DNA of 64,000 nucleotides from Giardia intestinalis (Eukaryota): NCBI GenBank assembly GCA_000002435.2, contig CM018793.1; one strand, 5' to 3'. Shown piece by piece: positions 59,501 to 64,000 of this stretch (position 1 is its first letter; each line of letters starts with the position of its first letter). The notes under the pieces were generated by a model. It saw only the letters and a program-made list of their open reading frames with translations, ran no database searches and was not told where the DNA came from. The position numbers and the translations under genes were made by a program.

Positions 59501-60336
59501 TTAGTACCGACTATTGCTAACAATACACTCGGAAATAGAAGGATAGACCAACCGCCAAAAGTGGGCAGCTTGACGATCCTACAGATTAAATCAATGACAT
59601 ACAAGAGCAGGCAGCGGAACTGTGGGAGGACCCCGAAAAAAGAGAGGGGAGGAATAAGTGCATAGGCCACATTAAACCACTTTATATCTTGAGCAACAAG
59701 CTCACGAGGTTTATCACTTAGAAATATTATGTTGGGAATAAAGATGCAAAAGGTATAGAACAGATTGGTGAAGGAGCATTCAAACAGCTGTGCTGGTGTG
59801 AAAACATTCATGGCAGAGTCCAAACCCCTGAGTGCCGGGACCCATAGCATTGCGACAAAGACACCGACCCAACGCTCTGCTACACCGAAGTAAACAGCGA
59901 TATGGAAGATCACCGCTAGAGACAGTGCGAGAAGCTGAATGGCTGCCTGCACGCACGGACCCTTGTTGACAGGAAACAAGACAGCCCCGATAGCCCCTGC
60001 TGTCGGACACCGCCTTGTGGAGCTGGCACCACCTCTGGAGCCCACTTTGGAAGATCTCTTATAGCGTTCTCCCGCTCGAGCCAAAAGTCCGTATGTCACG
60101 GAGAGACAGAGACTCAAGACGAGCGACGTCACGAGCGACCATATCCTTCTTGGAAACTGACTAAACACGACTGCCACAACCAGGGGGATAAGATTTATGA
60201 GAGATGCGATAGCATAGACTGCACCACCAAAATTGCCCGTACTTCTGATGGTGATCCCAAAGAGTAAGTGGTCCAGAAACTTTTGGCAAAAGAGTGCCCC
60301 GCTGCCTTCATCGAAGACAGGGTAATTTCCGGCCAT
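56596..60336 (-). CDS. Large polytopic membrane protein (1246 aa) with about 12-14 TM helices in the N-terminal 560 aa and a ~690-aa soluble C-terminal region. The family is unassigned.
   Basis: A long ORF with many hydrophobic helices ('LINLIPLVVAVVFSQF', 'LLALSLAVIFHIAVYFGV', 'FAFAILAAVASITIFCLLLLA' and others). Its stop is 5 bp upstream of the CFAP298 start. Confidence 0.75.
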   Translation of the reverse strand: MAGNYPVFDEGSGALFCQKFLDHLLFGITIRSTGNFGGAVYAIASLINLIPLVVAVVFSQFPRRIWSLVTSLVLSLCLSVTYGLLARAGERYKRSSKVGSRGGASSTRRCPTAGAIGAVLFPVNKGPCVQAAIQLLALSLAVIFHIAVYFGVAERWVGVFVAMLWVPALRGLDSAMNVFTPAQLFECSFTNLFYTFCIFIPNIIFLSDKPRELVAQDIKWFNVAYALIPPLSFFGVLPQFRCLLLYVIDLICRIVKLPTFGGWSILLFPSVLLAIVGTNFLSFVPGVFFVLMNVKYGTLKSYTARIFIRFAFAILAAVASITIFCLLLLADIHISPLPSQVITMWSSHIKFLVPLGIGAGCYLLFQLGSLFARKRRIQSRIYAIINHISGVAILILGIFDGIVSISSYTQSTKESSLMTLNLEAGTIHALSLLHLTVSACTDPAALYVSLLLGGLILTIVQLALGSSSNNFSSLPLELRPTNLPAIAVSALVGAVADGFLHRLTVGINMYISVAKFAFSKPRTGWRKVMLYLLPILIPWNMLVLVLSSLLNIPPLPIGGTPILVPSYPRYSQFFYSSVDINLTFGDYMKTVVSTILDNDGRLKPEDTDDIMFYDSALQSLSGWSQDMSSEASFCCLFRSKLDSGALGTQGTILPLLTPIGYGGMRPGDVVVLLSGKNMLILRSMGMLSFATGVLCNVTALETKETSCHTVERVSLEELYNAATRRERKAKPGKKAATEMQASVTSPNAEALEHADVAVNPVASGRKSASASTRKWYWLPRYKFSLMTDDYTYQDYSLAGVFSHPDSRRGLVDLLLKFIFVFAISSTDDKLCQVITKLAKCYDHCFSGNVYKNSNQETINACLMTHYKDLEESATTDTRRREVLKASIFLFHCISPRGWDIREADIYQLFNGAYILQRAFVFSPLASSNLTAMSHSAVAVEEMAMESPSRKQPTETPVAHGRSNKSAIGNNTPMAPHNIANDIADELAEVGLDAEDVSVDLGSIAQSRLDAHNRALEEGSARQELPSFSPPPSQTQLASVDTTSFEPIPLASIGASPFNVDQVSPFGAAYGSSSFSALLISVLDTAPSQIDPDDQDVAKTLGVKAMKHAIEHSIQCLSIGDSLPSTLSEAETVVYEQLTEVYIDQGDKRQWRTTLMEKKLKRLFTIKPGPRAYSYSHSKVQWDVYTYPSFACEMIWATIQADLLVFASGDEERFSVQSLPAVLRNLFCEAASAPYGYPLRHYGLMEI

Positions 60337-60514
60337 TTTTAGATTGACACACAGTACCTATACGTCCTCATAGACTATTTACTCGTCAGTTCTGGTTTGA
60401 TAAAAGACTCCTACGCTTGATAAGAGCTATAGAAGGGAGAACGATGTGGGACTGAGAGGCTTTGGATCGGAGTGACTCAGCCCTGGTAAAGAGTGTGAAC
60501 GTACCAGTAGAGCG

Positions 60515-62131
60515 TTAAGAGATCGTGACCTCCTTGATTATCTTGCAATCTATTGCTTCCTTCAGCATAACACGGTAGTTGAATGTGATCCTGTTGAGAT
60601 AATAATGCTTAACTCCCCCGTTGGTCTCGCTGACCAGACAGCCAAGCTGCTGCATGGCGTTTAGAATGTCTGTGGCCGTAGTTACATTGACGTGGATCAT
60701 CTCAATGATCCTGTGGACACTTACACACGGATGTTTAATAGGTCGACGGTTTCGCACCCTATTGTACTCGTTATATAAAATTAGTATGACATATAAGTAG
60801 AACATCTTGTATGAACGAACCTCCTTAGTAACCAAGTATCTGTGGCCATTGAGGGTCCATGGCACGTAGGGAAATGCATCATGTCCTCGTGTACGCCTTT
60901 CGTTCTCGATATAGTCGAAAATACCATTTAGCTCTGTGACATGGACAGGGTTATTGGGTCGAGACCGATTAATAAGAGCAAATACCTCGTCTACTGGCAG
61001 AAAGACGCACTGCAAAATGCGCTGCTGTATGTAGAGCGGCGAAAGGGCGACATAATACTCAATAGCACTCATGAGCTCAGTCACAAACGCGTCCTTGTCA
61101 CTGACAGGCGAGGCAACCGAGGATGGCCTGATTGATAGAAAGGCATGCAAAACATCAGAAAGCTCAATGGCAAGGTCAAAGGGCTGCGTCCTATTAAATA
61201 TGACAACCTGTGCATAAGACTGACAGAGCTTCTCATCGTTATACAGCTTAAATACGGTGATCCCTCCCCCGGTCCCGTTAGCGCTGCTAGGCAGCTCCTT
61301 GACGGGGGTAGGAGAGACAAAGTTGGGGGGTGCAAGAGACACTGTGTCTTTTGCAGTCATTGCTAACGTGTCTCTTGTCATAGCAGTCTCATGCAGAAGC
61401 GTTTTTGCAGCCTTGATCCCATCTTCGTACTTCTTCGTATGCAGATATCGAGAGCTCTCTTTCTTGAATGCGTCTTGCTCCACCCAGTGCTCAGCCAACT
61501 TGATCAGTTTGGTGTATATTTCTTTATTTCTGATGCTGGTAATATTAAATCTGAAGTCTTTAGGAAGGTCGATTTCCCTCAGGATTTGGCTGTACCGCTC
61601 ACGAAGGGGGTTTAGTATACAAGCAGACCTTACGTCCTCTACAGAATCGCGGCTACTGGTCTGATAGGCCGGCATAAGCTTGGCCTCTAAGTCCTGAAAG
61701 TCTTCTGCGGGCGTTCTTGGAAGCTTTTCGCCCTTTTTGGGTTGGCCAAACACAAGCGTAAGTGAATTAGAGGCATTATCGTTTGCCAAATCGTTGTACT
61801 TACTGTCAGTGTTACAAACAATCACGACCGCGTTGTCGCTCACCCGTTTACCGTTGACCTTTGTACCTTTCTTTCGGAACTCTATGCCATTCACTCGCTT
61901 AAGTGGAAGCCTAAGCGAATAGGGAGGAGATCTAGAGTAAACATAAAGGTAACACCTGGAGAGCAAAAGGTAGGCGTTATGGGTGAAGTAGGAATGCCCG
62001 TTGGGCTCGTCAATTATACTGACTGGATTGATGGAGGAGTAAGTGGAGCGAGACACCTCCTCGGGAGAGCCGTCGTACTTATGTTTAACGACATCAAATG
62101 CCTTCATCTTTTTTCTACATCGGGTCACCAA
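60515..62131 (-). CDS. Hypothetical protein (538 aa) with an N-terminal PH/GLUE-like region and a C-terminal winged-helix-like region.
   Basis: An ORF. The N-terminus 'HSYFTHNAYLLLSRCYLYVY...LKRVNGIEFRKKG' is PH-like. The C-terminus 'HRIIEMIHVNVTTATDILNAMQQLGCLVSETNGGVKHYYLN' is WH-like. Confidence 0.65.
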   Translation of the reverse strand: MVTRCRKKMKAFDVVKHKYDGSPEEVSRSTYSSINPVSIIDEPNGHSYFTHNAYLLLSRCYLYVYSRSPPYSLRLPLKRVNGIEFRKKGTKVNGKRVSDNAVVIVCNTDSKYNDLANDNASNSLTLVFGQPKKGEKLPRTPAEDFQDLEAKLMPAYQTSSRDSVEDVRSACILNPLRERYSQILREIDLPKDFRFNITSIRNKEIYTKLIKLAEHWVEQDAFKKESSRYLHTKKYEDGIKAAKTLLHETAMTRDTLAMTAKDTVSLAPPNFVSPTPVKELPSSANGTGGGITVFKLYNDEKLCQSYAQVVIFNRTQPFDLAIELSDVLHAFLSIRPSSVASPVSDKDAFVTELMSAIEYYVALSPLYIQQRILQCVFLPVDEVFALINRSRPNNPVHVTELNGIFDYIENERRTRGHDAFPYVPWTLNGHRYLVTKEVRSYKMFYLYVILILYNEYNRVRNRRPIKHPCVSVHRIIEMIHVNVTTATDILNAMQQLGCLVSETNGGVKHYYLNRITFNYRVMLKEAIDCKIIKEVTIS

Positions 62132-62241
62132 GCGTTTTACTTAAATTAACTGTATCTTACAATTGGGATGAGCGCAGAAGGGTGCTAGAAAGGCTTCGCA
62201 ACTTGTAATGTCTAACGCTGTGTACAGCGACTTGACACTCG

Positions 62242-63093
62242 GTGAAGTTAAAAGTTAACGCGAGGGCAGTCCGACCAATGACTATACACTATGCCCCAGA
62301 GTCCATGCGGCTGTCTACCAGTGTGATAGACGTTCGAGAATATCTACCCCCGGCTAGGGTCTATGCTCCTGTCAGTCGGAATATGGGTGTTACCACAGAG
62401 GCTCAAAGCAATCACAGGTGCGAAACCCCCCGCACACACCCCTGGTACATCGGAGCAGATGGTAGGGCTATAGAAGAAGGCCTTCTATGCTTCTTAAAGT
62501 CCACTGTGCGGATTAAGAAGGAAGCAAGCCTACCTGTGGCTAACTCTGTCAACCTGCTGGAGCACAGGGGCACCTTTGATAGCATTGATTCTGTCGAACC
62601 ACCCTATTCTAATACTGCTCTTAACGAGTTTCATCGGAAACTCACCAGTGCTAAAGGGGCTGAGATCAGGGTTGCGGCGCCGCAGCCCCGCATATATTCA
62701 GCACATTCTCGCTCTAGCATGATACCGTACACTATCAGTAGACCGTGTGCTCTATCTATTGCGTCGAGGGCCAAGCTGCAGCAGACGGCCGCTATCTCCC
62801 CCGTTGAAGACGATATCAGTCTTTCCGACTTTACAGTACCTCACAACTCCTCAAGCCATAGCAATTTCACGACTGAATTGAACCCCTACAGCGTGTCTAA
62901 GCAGAGAGCCGAAACTGTCTGCAGCGCCCTCAACTTAACAGCGACCAGTCTGCCCCGGAGGTCGAACGTAGACCTCGTTAGATCTAAGGCTGCGGCGTCA
63001 GAGCTCCTTACTACGATATTAACTGATTCTTTAACCTTTAGCAACGACGCTAGGCGGCGTCGATCACCAAAATCTGTGATGAGTAAACAGTAG
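62242..63093 (+). CDS. Hypothetical protein (283 aa), Ser/Thr/Pro-rich.
   Basis: ORF only. Confidence 0.45.
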   Translation: MKLKVNARAVRPMTIHYAPESMRLSTSVIDVREYLPPARVYAPVSRNMGVTTEAQSNHRCETPRTHPWYIGADGRAIEEGLLCFLKSTVRIKKEASLPVANSVNLLEHRGTFDSIDSVEPPYSNTALNEFHRKLTSAKGAEIRVAAPQPRIYSAHSRSSMIPYTISRPCALSIASRAKLQQTAAISPVEDDISLSDFTVPHNSSSHSNFTTELNPYSVSKQRAETVCSALNLTATSLPRRSNVDLVRSKAAASELLTTILTDSLTFSNDARRRRSPKSVMSKQ

Positions 63094-63183
63094 CTACAGG
63101 TTTAAGTTAAGGCTCTAATTTACAGGCAAATCTGTTTCATATTGCTCAGTTCAATCACTTTCTGTGAGAACTTCAAAATTTGA

Positions 63184-63831
63184 ATGTTTCGCTTTTTCCG
63201 GCGTAGCGCACGCTTGGACACCATGCAGCAGTGCCCCGTTGTTCCTTCTAGCGTTCAGCAGGGGTGTCCCTCGCAAGAGTCTTTCTCAGAGACCATTGTG
63301 CCACAGCAGAATACCGGGCATTCAGCGGCTGATTATCTAAGGGAAGTCTTTCTTAGAGAGTGTGACACGCGCATTCATGATACGCCTGGGGTGTCCCGAG
63401 CTGCCACTGCTGGTCTAGATGCCCCCTCTATTTCAGTTCCTGCACCTCTCTCTGGTGTCACAGCCTCTCAAGAAAGGCAATCGGTACCCTCCTTACTACT
63501 CAAAGACAGTATCCGAGCGGTGCCGCTCGCCGTTAGTTCTAGTAAAATGATTTCAACGTCTTCCAATCCTCCTATGAAAGCCACACGCCCGCGCGTTCCA
63601 ATCACAAAGACCACGAAATTTGAGGGTGTCACGTATCTTACACTTTCTCAAGCGCCCACGCAAGAAAGCCCAGAGTTCACTGATCCCGATTCTGTTGCTG
63701 GTATGAGACCTCAGATTCGCGAGACTCAAGAGTCTCCTAGTGATAGTCTTGAGCATGATCTCGCGGATAGTCTACTGTTTGACATGGCGAACGCTGTCTC
63801 TAGCTCTGTGGCTGTGCGGGCGTTAAGTTGA
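63184..63831 (+). CDS. Hypothetical protein (215 aa), Ser/Pro-rich.
   Basis: ORF only. Confidence 0.45.
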   Translation: MFRFFRRSARLDTMQQCPVVPSSVQQGCPSQESFSETIVPQQNTGHSAADYLREVFLRECDTRIHDTPGVSRAATAGLDAPSISVPAPLSGVTASQERQSVPSLLLKDSIRAVPLAVSSSKMISTSSNPPMKATRPRVPITKTTKFEGVTYLTLSQAPTQESPEFTDPDSVAGMRPQIRETQESPSDSLEHDLADSLLFDMANAVSSSVAVRALS

Positions 63832-64000
63832 GCATCGTGAATGACGTTTGCAGTACATCTCTCTCTTTTCGGTTATGACCAATCCCTTACTTACTACACA
63901 GGGATAGTGGGCCGTAAACTGGCATGCTTTGTTATAACATCCTATCAAGGCGCCTGGCTTTCCACAAATGGAGCAACTAAGCTCAATGCGATTCTTCTTG

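Noticed and set aside
56596..60336. Considered assigning the 1246-aa polytopic membrane protein to a named family (e.g. pecanex-like).
   Set aside because: I cannot point to a family-specific motif from memory. Only the topology (N-terminal TM bundle plus a long soluble C-terminus) is supported, so the product is left unassigned.
1..64000. Prokaryotic-style features: operons, CRISPR arrays, IS elements, sigma-70 promoters, Shine-Dalgarno sites.
   Set aside because: The sequence is eukaryotic (Giardia): it has VSP-CRGKA, NEK-ankyrin kinases, eIF3i, a V-ATPase, Sm, and CFAP298. No short direct-repeat/spacer arrays, terminal inverted repeats or transposase-like ORFs were seen.

Overview
This window reads as nuclear DNA from the diplomonad Giardia intestinalis (lamblia). 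The 5'-most gene is a cysteine-rich CXXC surface protein ending in a single transmembrane helix and the invariant CRGKA tail (a variant-specific surface protein, VSP). There are two paralogous NEK kinases with C-terminal ankyrin arrays and a '21.1-type' ankyrin protein. Genes are intron-less and tightly packed on both strands, with intergenic spacers of 4-300 bp, A/T-rich initiator contexts directly at the ATG, and AGTRAAY poly(A) signals at or just after stop codons. Overall GC is about 48-50%, with a GC-rich VSP island. About 40 protein-coding genes and no RNA genes are recognisable. Products I can call from sequence are: an Fd-nitroreductase, a fused NfnAB/GltD-type oxidoreductase ('glutamate synthase'), an M14 cytosolic carboxypeptidase, NIP7, an Sm-like protein, an MSH2-like MutS, ICMT, a PDE6D/UNC119-like lipid-binding chaperone, eIF3i, Pcc1, V-ATPase subunit D, CFAP298, and two LRR proteins. 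Items worth a second look are: (i) a large secreted/membrane protein with about 15 GLUG-like beta-helical repeats and an EGF-like Cys-rich stalk that is not VSP-like; (ii) a frameshifted VSP-like pseudogene in a GC-rich island with a flanking 10-bp inverted repeat; (iii) a protein with 8 copies of a C[TS]F[KR]P-x-[IL] motif; (iv) extreme gene packing (4-16 bp spacers, embedded promoters, stop codons inside poly(A) signals); and (v) bacterial-type redox genes. No prokaryotic system, CRISPR or mobile element was seen.
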